Below, piece by piece: positions 33,405-47,594 of a stretch of DNA of 64,000 nucleotides. Origin of the DNA: Schmidtea polychroa (Eukaryota); contig CM097885.1 of NCBI GenBank assembly GCA_044892525.1, positions 38,008,001-38,072,000 on the forward strand. Direction: 5' to 3'. The notes under the pieces are model-generated. The model was given only the letters and a program-made list of their open reading frames with translations, was not told the DNA's origin and searched no databases. How positions within the stretch are numbered: the stretch's first letter is position 1; every line of letters starts with the position of its first letter. The translations under genes were made by a program, and so were the position numbers.

Positions 33405-35972
33405 CTAAGCATTATTTAAAAAGATATAAATATAATTAAATAATATTTCAAATTTATTTCATTTTCCAGTTTGACATGTTTTGAAATATCTTGAAATAAT
33501 CTTAAGTTAATCATATCAAAAAGAACATTCTCTTTAAAATGACATGCAAATTTGAATTTTAACGGATAATTTGACTTTTTAACAAAAGATACGGAAGGCT
33601 ATTTACATTTCATTCTTAACCAAGAAAGATTTATGAACTTCATCATTATTGATGTTATAAGGTTATAAGATATATTGCCAGGCTCGGGAAATATAAAAAT
33701 TGAAAATTTTAATAAATTACTTAGCTTTTCATTCGATTTATAATTTAATATTGTTATTCAAATTAATATTATTATTAACAAAAATCGCCATTAGTACATC
33801 TTTTACACTATATATTTCGATAGCATCACTATCATCATCAGGTTAGCTACATACACGAAGGATGAATAACTATACAAAATTGATAATTTATAAAAGAATT
33901 ATTAAATCTATAAATTTTTAAATAATAAACAATAATTTTAAATAATTATTTTCAAAGAAAATATAAAAAATAATTTTCAATACATTGCTTTAAAATTATT
34001 AAATTTTTAATTAATTATCTTAAAGCAAAGACTATTTTAAAAATTCTTTAAAAAAAATATTATTTTAAATATTTTTTAACATAACTATTATTCAATATAC
34101 ATCAACATACAAAAATTTAATTAAAAACATTCAACACACATGTATTCACCGCATTCTGCACATTGATTTTAGGGTATTAAGTTCTTATCAATAATGCTTC
34201 ACATATGACACGCTCAAAACAATTATCAAAATTTTTTGATAAGATTTTGAAATCAGACATTACTAATTCTCTCATACAGATTTTATTATGATCCTTAATA
34301 TTGGACACTCCCGTCGGTACAGAGCTGACGGGAAGTCTCCAATGTATTTGGCATTGAACCCATTAAATGTTATCTAGATGCTATCGAAATATATAGTTAA
34401 AAAGATTTACGAATGGCGATTTTTATTAATAAAGTCTTTACCGTGTTTATTTAAGTATTTATTATTAACAATTTAATTAAAGATAGCGTGAATGTATGTT
34501 GTTGATTGATGTTGTTTATTGAATTACTTATTTATACAATATTACATTGAATGATTATTTCCTTGGAATATTTTGATTGAATATTATTGAGAATAGAATT
34601 ATTTGAAAATAAAAACATTTAATTGTAACTTAACTTTTAATTATGGATACTATAAATACGAGAACCAGTGAAACTAAATATATTAATGGAAAATCTAGCA
34701 GAAATTCATAGATAAGGAAAACTGTTTAAAATGATATTTTTTGTAAAACCTATTTTTAGTGTATATATCGGAATAGGGAAATATACCTCAAACGTTTTAG
34801 ACACCAATTTTGAATATATAGGGATACTTTTCAAAGAGTCCAAGCTAGGGAAATAGTATGTAAAAATTTCATATTGCCATATTTGATTTCAAGAAATAAT
34901 ATATTATTAACATTTATTTATCCATATAGTAATAGCAATTCTTATAATATGACTTTAATAGTGAACACAAATATAACAATTCATGAAAAATAAGACGCTT
35001 TAGACAATTTTCGGTCAGTGTCTGTGTAATGGTCACACATTGTATCCAAATTCCACCATTTCTATCTATAACGGTATATACACCAACACGAATAGAAAAA
35101 TATACCTCAAATTAACAAAGGAAAATTAAAAAGTATATCAGAAATGTTATTTATGTCAATTACATATAGAGATTTACCTCAATTTCAGTATACTAAACAA
35201 GGACCAAATCAGTGCCTGTATAAACTTTAAATATTTTCTTGACTATCATAATTCTTGAACCTAGTTCAAAGCCCAAATAATTCTATTTGCACAGTAAAAA
35301 TGAATTAATTAAATATTGACAGATCAAAACAGAATAATAATTCTATTATCAAATAAGTTTATTCTTGCTTCCTTATAAATAAATACCAAAATTCTTGACT
35401 ATGAAATAATATAAAAATTAGTTTAGTATTTTTTTGTTTAAATGTATTACTTATAGATAAATTATTAACTATATAAAAATGCAAAATAAAGCTATGTGAA
35501 TGTTAGTATAAAAAACAAACAGTAAATAAAAATTTAATATCGAAAAACAATCAGTTAGTGATGACATTTGCGTTCAGTTTCCTGTGAGATAAGTGTCCAA
35601 TGTGAACCAATGTATTATGTAAACTGGCAGCTGACATTTTATTGTGTGACTTACAATTGGATCATATGGTTCAACAAAGGTCGAATAGAGATTGATCGAT
35701 GGTTTCAAAACGATTATTATCCAAAATCCACAGCACCTTATTTATGTCTAAAATTCGGTAATGATAGCGAGATATCATTTGTCTATGTACCGCTCGTATA
35801 GTTGATCTTTATTATAGAAAATAGAATCAAATCCAATTGGCTGTGCATACTGAATAACTGACAAAACATTATTGGTGGTGGGGATGCAAGAGCATCCATT
35901 TGCACAAAGCGATCACTGAACTTCAGTCAGTAAATCAAAATTTAACTTTACATGATCATATAAGATCAATCT

Positions 35973-35973
35973 G

Positions 35974-36044
<71 letters not shown>

Positions 36045-36064
36045 CATTATTATTAATATTATTA

Positions 36065-36131
<67 letters not shown>

Positions 36132-36154
36132 CATCATTATTATTAATATTATTA

Positions 36155-36213
<59 letters not shown>

Positions 36214-36293
36214 ATTATTATTATTATTATTATTAATATTATTGTTATTATTATCATTATCATTATTAATATTATTGTTATCATCATCATCAT
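35973..36293. repeat. Compound (ATT)n microsatellite
   Basis: ATT runs interrupted by GTT/ATC/AAT. Confidence 0.9.
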
Positions 36294-36654
36294 AAACACA
36301 TTTTGTACTATTTTACCACACACTCGTTCATGCCCTATTTTTATAACATTACAAATATTTTATCAGAAAAATATTTCTTTCTCAATTTAATTAAAACTAT
36401 TTTAATTTAATGAGCCGAAATAATATGAAAAAATGAAGATAAAGGAAATTGTAAATGTATTTCAAAAATACAAATAATAATAAATCGGCTTCTTTTGTAT
36501 TAAACTCAAATAACTAAGTAAATTAATAAATTAGTAAATATTTTAGTTGCAATATTTATATTATTCACATTTGTAACTGTCAAGATCAGAAAATATGATT
36601 TAAGAACGGTTAAAAAATATTAGAACCAAATTTATTATTATTATTTTATTATTA

Positions 36655-38322
36655 TTATTATTTAAAACAATAAAATGATAATTTAAGCCTTTTGCTGCAA
36701 ATAATGTATTTAATGAAAGAATTTTCGACTATACGATAGTCCTTGTCAATCTCCTGGAATTTAGCAATGTTCTTCCCCAAAATACCTTTCAATCTTTCTT
36801 TGATTTCCTTTCTCTTAATTCTCATTGGTTGTAAATATAATGAATTGTTTTACTAAAAACTTTTAAAATTTTTTACATTTAAAATTTCAAAATGACACAA
36901 ACTAAAAATTTTTAAATTTTTTTACAGCTTCTATAATTAGCTTCTAGAAGCCTAATAAAATATTTGAAAATATTTTAAATAAAGCCTCCAATAACTACTT
37001 ATATATGCTATTTAAATATTTCAATAAATGTGTCAATTTTGATTTTCAAACCCTATTTTTTAAAATTTTTTTTTATATATTATTCTAATTATTACTTTTT
37101 AATTTATTCTATTTTTTTTAATTTCTTTATATATTGTCAGTTATTCTCAAAGTCAATGACAACAGATCAAATTCATGATTTCATTGATTTCTTCTTTAGT
37201 GTTGATCTTTGGCTGTCTGTTTATGATGAGAATTGCTTCTTTGATTCTGACATTTTTCTTTTGGATGTTTCCATTAGCTATGATTTCTATTGAAATATTT
37301 TTTCTTTCTTCTGTTGGCTGACACTGCCGGAGATGTCTGCCCAACGAGGATGTTCCACCAGGATCTAGATGTTCTTTAACTCTTTGGTGCAATGTCCTGA
37401 GGGTACTTCCAATGTAGATTTCATTGCATACATTGCACGTGATGCAATAGACGATGTTTTTTCTAAAGCACATATCTTTCGGTGTCTGGCAGTTTTTCAT
37501 TGTGCAATTGTTTTCTCTATTTATGTTGCCTGCCAGAGCCCTTCTCAATGTCCAAGATTTATGTGCTATCCGAATTGGAAGACCGGTACGTTTAAGTTCT
37601 TTCAGGATCTTGAAGTCGAGTATGTCACTGATGAATGGGATATTCAGATAGAAATATTTCTGATTCTTTTGTGTTAATTCCCTAGATCTTCTTGGGGTAG
37701 AATTCATTCTTTCAATGTCCTCACCTTGGTATCCGTTTCGGTGTAGGATTTTATTGAAATTTGATTGCTCTTTAAAGTTTTCGTTTTTCTCCGTGCATCG
37801 ATTCGCTATTCTTCGTTTCTCGTTTCTTATGACATGTACTTTCTGTAAGTATGGAAGCGCTGATCTTTGGTGCATAAATATTTCTTTGCGAGCTGGTTTT
37901 CTGTAGAACCCGTATGTTGGAGTATTTTCTTCTATTTTGATTCTCAAATCCAATAAATTGAGGGATCCATCTTCTTCCGGATATTCGATTTCGAACTTAA
38001 TATCTTGATGAGCCGCATTGAATGTATGAAATATTTCCTCCGCTTCTTTTTTGTTTTTGGTCGTGATGAAGATATCATCTTGCATAGAAACCGATGGGTT
38101 GTATGGTCCTCAGTGTCTGTCGTTCGAGGTTATCCATAAAGATGATTGCTAGCAGTCCTGATATGCTAGAACCCATAGGCAGACCTTTAACTTGTTTATA
38201 GATATTTTGTTCAAAGGTAAAATAGGTGTTCTCGAGGATAACAGTAAGTAGTTTGGTGATATTCTCGATATTCATTTCCTTTATTAACAAGTTGCTTTCT
38301 CTTAATTTCTTTTCTAAACATT
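36655..38322 (-). mobile_element. Penelope-like retroelement (RT + GIY-YIG), 5'-truncated
   Basis: GLPMGSSISG, frameshifted ARY-DDIF, LNLLDL, GIY-YIG IVYCITCNVCNEIYIGST.R.L..RVKEH; both ends abut ATT repeats. Confidence 0.9.
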
Positions 38323-38323
38323 G

Positions 38324-38495
<172 letters not shown>

Positions 38496-38662
38496 GTCTG
38501 ATAGATGAATAAGCCTCCATAAACTATGCTTATTCATCTCAAGTGCCTAAAACCTACAACTATAAATTCTTCATTAATGTAAAAAAAAATTTATTTATAG
38601 CCGTCACTTTAATCAAATCATAACTCAGAAAAAACAAATAAAATTATGCATATAATTTAAAT

Positions 38663-40939
38663 GGGTGGTTATTAACTGTACACATAAATTTATAAATTTA
38701 TAAATAAATTTATACATAAATTTATAAAACAATTAAAGGTGTGCCCAAATTTTTATTAACTGTGCACTTAGAATTATTGAATTTGTTCTCAAAAAAATTT
38801 AAAAATGTGCTCAAAATTTTAAGAAAGTGTGCTCAAAAACATCTTTTGTCAGCAGGAAATTAATTTTAACCACTTGCGCTATGATTTAATTTTCGGTAGC
38901 TGAGCCGCGCTCTACTATATAAAGTATCGTAAGGCATCGACGCCTCACCGCGTCAGCAGGCTCAGAGGTCTGACCAGTGCTTAGCGCGAGGGTAGGGTCT
39001 TACATAAAAGATTTATACGATTATAAATAATTATTCACAACAACAATAAATTTTATTAATCAATAGTCTACTTTTGTTTTTGTTTTTGCGACAAATACTA
39101 TCGACGTGGTATACACGTCACTTGCAGTTCTGAAAAAAATCATCAAGACGTGCCTGGCACGTCAATATAGCGCAAGTGATTAAGTAAGTGAAAAAACACC
39201 TCATTTTTTTAAGCTTTGGACACTTGAAGTCCAATTGTTCTCATTGTCGATTGGCGATTATAATATATTTTGACCATATATATTTTTGATGTGTCAACAT
39301 TTTTTGTAAATGTGGTTACTGTCGGCTTTCTTGAAAAAATCTTTGGATGATCTGCTGATGTAGGATCTCGTTTAAGTGACCAGTTTTCAGCAACATCAAG
39401 TGTTGTTTTTAAGAATTCTGACAATTGCATTCTGTTCCGAAAAGTTGATTCTTTTTTAGAGTCCTGTTAATGGACTCTATTACATTATTTGGGGAAGGAC
39501 TTTCTTCCAAATAGCCTTCATACTATCCATAAGGCTTTGCAAGCCATTCACCGGAGAAATATATGAGAAAATTCATCATATTTACATTCAGATCATTTTT
39601 ATACTTCTGAAGAAAAGGATTGGTGGCTGATTTGAACTGTTTCTCAGAAATAGCTAGTTGAAGTACATCAATGTTCTTCAGGATGGAATCTTGTAGGGTT
39701 TTGTCACCAAGAATGGACAAATGATTTTCAACTGCTTTCTTCATGTGGAGTCATTTTCACTTGAAAAAACTGATTTGAATCCATTTCTTATGGTATCAGC
39801 AATCAATCCAAAGGATCCAAACATGAATTAAAAATCTTCTTGTCTTTCATTTGTGCACACTAAAATTCCAAATGGATGAAACACTTTATCCATGTCACTG
39901 TTGCCGCAAATAAGGACAGGAAAATTGTTAAAAATTAGTTTGTAAGTGCTGTCTGCATGAATGAACTTTGCTGTTGATGAGATTGATAACAAGCGCCTAG
40001 TTGTGACAAAAAATCGGAATGACTCTCTCCATTAGGATGTTGAATTTGTTGGCTGGAAATGTTTGCTGTACATCATCATTATCTATTTTTAGTTGATAAA
40101 GAATGAATGGAGAATCTAAGTCTTCTGGAATAGTCGCATTTTTCTCGAGAAGAGTGGCTAACTCACCAAAAGTTAGTGATTTTAAATTTGACCCTTTTAA
40201 AGTCTGAAGAACGTTAAAAAGTTGTTTATCATTTGGAATTTCAATTTCAGCATGTAAAAGCGTCTGTTCAAACAAATTCTGACTGATGAGCTTTGGCTTC
40301 TTGACTCCAAGTTGTAACAGCTTTTTGATGGCTTCCTTTGTTTTTGAATTAATCCATCTTTTGGTTTGGTTTTCTAAGATTTCGTCACGATTATGATTGC
40401 AGGTGATTTTAAAGTGGACAACACCATGATTGTCACTATTGTATTGAAGTTTCATGACTTGACTGCATTGTGGTCCTCTTTTGATGACAAGATTACAACG
40501 GTACAACTCTTTGCGTTCATCTCTGGTGTCATATGGTTTATCAAATGACCAAAGTTTGTTTCTTGAGAGCCATTCAACTGATCTCTATTTTGAAAAAACT
40601 GGATTTCATCCCAAATTTTAAACAATTTGGTTTTTTTGGCAACAGGTTGAGTGTCTGAGTCTGAAATATCTTCATCAGAATGTTATTGGTCCAATTCCTG
40701 GAATTCACTGCTGTTGTTCATTTTGTTTATAAATTTAATTTAATTAAATTAATTTATCTACCCTATTAAATTTGTTTCTAGTTAATTAAATTAATTTATG
40801 GGTCCATTTAATAAATCCATGAGCACAGCAATTTCTTGATGTCCAATAATTAATTAATTATTACATATTATAAATCCATGGGCACAATCAAGTAATTCAT
40901 TAGCACAGTAATCTTTTTGAGCACATTTAATAATACTCC
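38663..40939 (-). mobile_element. MULE/Mutator DNA transposon, decayed
   Basis: 9-bp TSD AATTTAAAT (38654-38662 and 40940-40948); GG..TTATTAA.TGT termini; transposase fragments YRCN..KRGPQC and HADSTYKL..FPVLICG.SD.DK.FHPFG. Confidence 0.85.
38870..39179. mobile_element. piggyBac-type non-autonomous element nested in the MULE
   Basis: TTAA on both sides; TIRs CCACTTGCGCTAT and ATAGCGCAAGTGA. Confidence 0.75.
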
Positions 40940-42642
40940 AATTTAAATAAATACCAACTTCTAGTTAATAATAAATTGCACATTATTTGTTATTATTATC
41001 TCTAGGATCCATAGAACAGGAAAGGCCAGTCAAAATACACCTAAAATACCATTCTAAAAATAAGTTTGTGTGATATCAATATAGAAAAGAGATCAAAGTA
41101 CATTTTACGAACTGGTGAGTAAGGCCTAAGATTCTCCCATTTTCAGAAAATATATGCCATAAGGGCAGGAGAGATAGAATACAGATAAAGTACAATTGCC
41201 AATTATATTTTCAAAATATTATGCTGTTTTAAAACTTTGAAATAATTGTTAACTAGTTATGAGTTTTTACTCGTTCCAGATATCAATTGCTGATTGCCTA
41301 AATACCAATGTCGTATACTATTTTCGTACATGTCGTACATTATAAAAATAAAACATATCAAATGAGAATAAAATGCGTGCATGTATATGAAATATTTTTA
41401 ACAACCGACTCACAAAAGTATTCATCATTTTTTAGTGAACTCAATCTAAAAAGTTTCATTACCGCGACAGACATTTTTTGGTCTGTGTTGCACAGTTTTA
41501 GTAATGCAAGCTCTGTGAATCATTATTCTATTATTTAATAATTCTTTATTAGTTATTATATTTGAAGCTATTGAATATTGATGTATAAAGCATTGTTTAT
41601 TAAATATAAAATAATTATTTTAATAAGTAATATATTTATTAATATTAAAATATTTATTTAAACGAAATTCTTTCACTATTTATTTATCTCAAAACTGCTT
41701 AATTGGGGTAGTCTGATAGTCGAACCATTTTAACCATTTAAGCAATTGTTCTGTTTTTACTCTATATCATTTCAATACTGTTGGGTTTATTTAACAAGTC
41801 GTTTATTGTCTGACTCTTCGTGTCCTTTTCCAATCAAATAACTAAATAATACAAAATAACTTTTTTCAAACTATCACAATTACAATTAGTAACTAGATTT
41901 GCACCTTTCTTTCGTAGACAATTGTTATCGTAAGGTAGGTTACCCAAGGGGTGATCACCTTTTCTGGTACGACAATTTATAATTTTCTCTAGCTTTACTT
42001 GAATTCTTTTCTTTCTTTGGGTCTCTTGGATTTCGTAAACGCCCTATTATTTTGTTTCTTCGACCACCTGCCTACTCGTTCATTTTCAGCCTTTACTTTT
42101 ATACTTTTCTGAAAGGCATTATACAATATTATATCAATATTATTTTAATTCCTTTAAGGATCATCGACATTTACCAAATATTAGGTAATCGTTATTTCCA
42201 ATATTTTGGGATGGATTATTGGAATCCTACCAATTTCATTCCTAAACAGGCGCTCGGTCGAGTTCGTTTCAACTTCTAATTAGTGGGGTCTCAGTGCCCT
42301 CCTAGTTTTCCTCGTCGTTTGGGTTTCCCGTTGACTCAGGCTTCTTATTCGCTCGGAGGTTTCATTAGCGATTAATTGATTTTTAATTAGTTTGTTATTT
42401 TATTATAATTTTTTCTAAGGACCCCTTAATAAATTTTTATTTTTGGATTCTTTACGTGTTCAAACAAACCGATTTTCCCCCGGTTGATATTAATTTTTAC
42501 ATTTTATAAATTTTTTAATAAATTTTTGCACTTGTTATTTTGGTGTTTTTTATTGATTTTTATTCTACTTCCATTTTATTTTGTGCCTTTATACATTACC
42601 CCAACAATACTATATTTTTATTTTGGGAGAATTTTATTCATT

Positions 42643-43127
42643 TGAGGAACATTTTAGTGCAGAAGGAGTTGTTATCACTGGCTTGTAGGCACCACATTAT
42701 GGAACTGATAATTGGGGCAGTTTTCCAGGTCTGCATGGGAGCCTCATTCTCCCCAGAAGGACCATCGCAAAATGTATCCCGACAGCAGGAAAAAGACTCT
42801 GTCCGCCATCTCTGGGTTTACATAATAACAGTTAATTTCAAGTTTGCTGGACATTTACAGATTGTTTGTGTCAGAAGCTAAAGAAACATTTCACTATTAA
42901 TGTCTATGTGTGTAACACTGAAGTTTGCAAAAAAATAAAATAGAATCAGAATTTGTTGAATTTACAAAAATTTTATCATATTTCAGGCACTTGAGCTACC
43001 TCTAAACATAAAAATTTATTGCTTAAACTTTTTATACAGTGTTTCTATACCATAAGGAACAGATTAGGGGGGTAAGACTTTCAAAAATTATTTTTTTATT
43101 TTTTTTTATTTTTTAAGCTCCACCCTA
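42643..43127 (+). mobile_element. Internally deleted hATm copy
   Basis: LLSLACRHHIMEL (hAT CxxH region) fused directly to sequence matching 712-1073; same terminus. Confidence 0.82.
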
Positions 43128-43409
43128 GTAGATACTATAGAAAGCCATTACATATTCTATTACAAGATTATTTTGAATAATGGCGTGCACATATTTCACA
43201 GTCAAAATTAGAGAATAAGAGCAAATTATATGCCCTTCGTCCTCTAACAAAATAAATTCCTAGTGAGGAGTAAGTAGCGAGACATGTATGAACAACTGAG
43301 GTTTCTCCATACACTACAATGATTTTTCTACTCAACTCAATTTTATCAGAGAGATTCTTCTCTTCTACCAAAACTGGAGTCAGTCAAGATTCGTCGAGAA
43401 CAAGTATAG

Positions 43410-43905
43410 ATGTTTAACAAAAAAAGAAAAAAGCTAAGTGAATATGAATACAAGAAACACAGAGAAACTCAAACACAGGACACCACTAGTTCTGTTACTA
43501 TTAGCCATTTTTTTATTCCACTTCATAACACTAAACAGTTGTTGGCCTATCTGATTTGGATAATCGTGATTTATCTAATTATGCCCATAATGATGACCTT
43601 CTGCCAGATGATCTGCCAACTGGGACTGAGGCCGCTGAGCTAAGTAGTCAAGATCAGTCGAAAGATATGATTAAAAATGTTGATATCCATGATATAAATG
43701 TTCCTAATAATCAGTCAGATAAACCAATTGAACTCGAATATCGTGAATGGCAACATGGACGCCTAGACAACTTGAATCAAATGGTCCAGATTTAGCTGTT
43801 TTAAGTGATGCAGCACATTGGCCATACTCCATGACAAATGATTTAATGACAGAACTTGTTAGGCATGGTCCTTCAACTATGCAGAATGTAAACGGGCCAT
43901 TCATA
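43410..43905 (+). pseudogene. N-terminal relic of a hAT (ZMYM/TTF-type) transposase
   Basis: RKKLS..EYKK start and SDAAHWP...ELVRHGP..Q..GPF; frameshifted. Confidence 0.5.
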
Positions 43906-44474
43906 TATAGTATATATTGTATTTATTAAAATATTGACTATGAATCAATTTAATAAATACAATGTCAATTAAAAAGAAATCAGAGGTGAAAATTGAAAGT
44001 TATTCGTGCGGTGACGGTTTACTATAAGCATCCCAAAGAAAATTAATTAATAAATCAATCAATTAAATAATCATTTTATTTTAAACCTTAAAAATGCAAA
44101 ATTATGCTGACTTATACACAATTTTTCAAATTAGCTCTGATAAATTGAAATGAATTGAATACTTTCAGAGAAAAATCGTTATTTTTTTAAATTATTTTTT
44201 ATTAATTTTATTAATTTATTATTAATTTATCATTGATTTATTTTCATTTTAAATTTCATTTATCATTATTTCATTTTAGACTATCGATTAATATATTGAT
44301 TTGTATTTAACACGAATTTTCAGGATATTCTTTTTTTAGAAGCACTTGAAATATGACGCACCGAAAATATTGATGGAAATGAAAATAAAGATATTCAAAT
44401 ATTGAAACAAATTAAATTATTTTTTATATATTCTGCATCTAATAATTTTATATTAAAAAACAATACCAACTCAC

Positions 44475-45327
44475 CTGTTACTAATTCTGCCAAAATGCAT
44501 CCGAAGCTCCACATATCGATAGGGAGCCCGTATTTCCCACCTAAAATGACCTCAGGAGCCCGATAAAACCTTGATTGTATGTACGTATACACCCGCTGAT
44601 TCTCATAACAACTCGACCCGAAATCTATCACCTTTATTGAACTGCGATTCATGTGCCGCAACAAAATGTTCTCTGGTTTCAAATCACAATGAATGATTTG
44701 GTTTTTCTCCAACGCGTCCAAACATTGCAAAATCGAGATTGCGAATTTCCTTACCAACACCAACGAAAATCCTCGAAATTTATTTTTCTTGAGCAATTCG
44801 TAAAGATTATAGTTGAGCAATTCGAATGTGATACAAACGTGATTCCGAAATGTGAAATGCTCATAAATATGAACGATGTTGCATTTGGTTTCTTTGTCGT
44901 ACTGTTGAAGATGTTCAAGGATTCGAATTTCTTCAGCTGCCTGCCTCGTGAATCGATTGTCACTTTTGATGATTTTCAAGGCTACGTAGCGATGGAATTT
45001 GTAATCATACGCTTTGATAACTTCTCCAAAGCTACCTTTCCCGATGATTTTGCAAACCTCATATCGGTAAGCGATGTGATCATTAACAATGTGAATATAT
45101 GAGCCTTGCTCATCGTCAAATCCATCATTGAATTCTCCTTCAGTTTTACAATAAATCAACCGTTTCAATTTTTGTGCATTTTGACCCAAAAAATATATTT
45201 GTGGAAATTTCCGTATTTCTGATTGTTCATACATCGTGAGATTATCGAAAAGATTTCTTATTGCATATTCTGGAGTAATAGAATCGGAAGAAATCGTTTC
45301 AATTGGTGAGTTACTTGTAGATTGCAT
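44475..45327 (-). CDS. DYRK2: DYRK paralog B, exon 1
   Basis: Same kinase motifs as paralog A; donor ACAG|GTGAGT at 44474, the same intron position. Confidence 0.9.
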
Positions 45328-46286
45328 GACGCTTTAAATTTTTAGTTCAATGACTTTATTTTTTATTAAAAATATATATTTAATTCTAAATGAAAAAATA
45401 ACAGCTAAATATAAATAATAATTTAAAATTGTAAATTTTAAAAATACGATAAAGAAACTGACATTTTTCAATCATGTTAAACGAATTAAGCTTTTTTATT
45501 GAAAAAATGTGATTAGGTTAAACAAACTGAAGGTGAAAATCTTTGAAATAATAAATAGTTTGGAAAATTAAATAAATGGTTTCTAGTAATAAATTCAAAG
45601 AAGTTTGTAATTAGGAAAAATTTAATGATACAAAGAATATTATGAAATATTAAAAAGGTCGACATAAAAATATTTTTAAAATTATCTTTAGAATTTCAAG
45701 TTATAATTTTTTTTAAATCATTTTTCCATTAAAATATTTTAAGTACCATATCATGTTAAAAATTTACGTATTCTACCTTTTTTTGTGTTGGGTATACGGT
45801 TAAAGGAAAAACTTTTGGAATTGATGCCGCAAGAGCTGTTTTCTTTGAATTGTTGGTCAACCCAGTCATGATATGAGAAAGTTCATGAATCTTACATTTT
45901 TAAATGAATTGAAACTTGCACCAAAAAGTGCCACTGAATTCCAAAGGTAACAGAGAAAAGTGACTCAAATTAGGTTTGAAGAATTCATTGTTCTTACTAT
46001 GTATATTTCTATCCGTTTATACTACAGGAAGAACCTCTGGCATGGTTTTATATTCCAGAGATGGTGTACCACATACTATGCCAATTTATGAAGGTTATGC
46101 GTACAATAAATTTAAACGAGAAAGATTTGAAAGATTATTTGATAAAAATATTGACAGAGTTACATATCTGTTTGTTTAAATAATTTGGAATTGGCGTTTT
46201 TTGTGAATTAATTAAAACTTGTTATTTAGAAATTCTTTGATTAAATATAAATTGTTAGTTTCAAGATTTTTGCTGCAAATTTAAAG

Positions 46287-47594
46287 ATGGATCTAAAGAT
46301 GGATTTAACTGGCGACCACGCCGAAAATCAAAATATCAACGCCATTTCAAAATCGACAAAATCGCTAATGGAATGCCTACCGAAATCATGCCAAGACATG
46401 CTCACACTGAACATCAGACGATATGATGGACGAGGTTTAAAAGAAGCCGAAGAATGGATCAGGGATATAGAAGAATGGTTGCTGACAAATGGACAGCGAT
46501 TGACAAGCACGTTCGATGTGTTATTAGTGGCAGAAGCAAAGACATTGTGGGGAAACGTCAGAGAAACAGAAACAACAGATGTAAAAGCCAAAGCGTGGTA
46601 CTTAAATACGTTCACAATCACAAAATCAATAACTGGCAAAATCAGAGAATTGGCAGCTATGGAACAGGAAGATGATGAAAGGTTTGCAGCTTTTGAGATA
46701 CGGCTAAGGAAAGCTTTAGCTGAAGTTATAAATTCAGGACGATCAGAAGAAGATATTGTTCAAGATCTCATCGCAAATAAAGCACGCGATGCGAGACTGA
46801 GAGAGATACTATTGACGAAACCAGAAACAAAAATTGAAGAAACGAGATCATTGGCGAAAAGTTTTGAAAGTAACAAAAATGGAAACCATAAAACAGAATT
46901 TATTAAAGCAATCGGTCAAAGAACATACGCTAGCGTGACTGAGGGAGGGCAGATGAGAATTCAAAAGAATACCCAAGATCCCATGCATACATCATCACAA
47001 AGAAGACTACCAGAAGACCAATTTTGTCACCACAGATCAAGAAGAGACGAACATCCTATACGCGGACCAATACAATACGAAGGAAATAACCATGGTCGTC
47101 GAGAACAATCTCCAAGAGAACAATTCTTGAGAAATGCGAGAATCCAGAATAGCTCAGAAAGGAAGCTGCCAACAATATCCATGAAGAATATTGCAAGGAG
47201 GCTGTACAATGAAAGTAGGGGACTACCACAAGCAGCGGTCCCAAAATTAACGGTAGGTGATTGTTTTTGCTGTGGCGAAAGGGGACATAGAAGGTATGAG
47301 TGTCCACTGGGAAATAAATGCCTGATATGTGGCAAGGAAGGACATGGGTTCCGAGATTGTTTTTCGTTACGGAAAGATGTTCCACAACGATATCAAAGAA
47401 TAGCGTGCATAGAAGATGAAGATTCAAAATTTGAAAGAAGAGATTACACCGAGAACAGCCAGGATTTCAGAATGGATCACAGCAATATGGAAGATAGATA
47501 CAATGTCCCTGAGAAATATACTATATTGAGAGAAGACGGAAAAAACATCAGCGACTCCATGGGTTTCATTTCGTCGGTGGAGTCAAGACAATAA
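46287..47594 (+). CDS. gag: Gypsy Gag
   Basis: Two CCHC knuckles: CFCCGERGHRRYEC and CLICGKEGHGFRDC. Confidence 0.9.
   Translation: MDLKMDLTGDHAENQNINAISKSTKSLMECLPKSCQDMLTLNIRRYDGRGLKEAEEWIRDIEEWLLTNGQRLTSTFDVLLVAEAKTLWGNVRETETTDVKAKAWYLNTFTITKSITGKIRELAAMEQEDDERFAAFEIRLRKALAEVINSGRSEEDIVQDLIANKARDARLREILLTKPETKIEETRSLAKSFESNKNGNHKTEFIKAIGQRTYASVTEGGQMRIQKNTQDPMHTSSQRRLPEDQFCHHRSRRDEHPIRGPIQYEGNNHGRREQSPREQFLRNARIQNSSERKLPTISMKNIARRLYNESRGLPQAAVPKLTVGDCFCCGERGHRRYECPLGNKCLICGKEGHGFRDCFSLRKDVPQRYQRIACIEDEDSKFERRDYTENSQDFRMDHSNMEDRYNVPEKYTILREDGKNISDSMGFISSVESRQ

Noticed and set aside
34302..34340. GC-rich hairpin resembling a Helitron 3' end
   Set aside because: No CTRR at the expected spacing and no other support.
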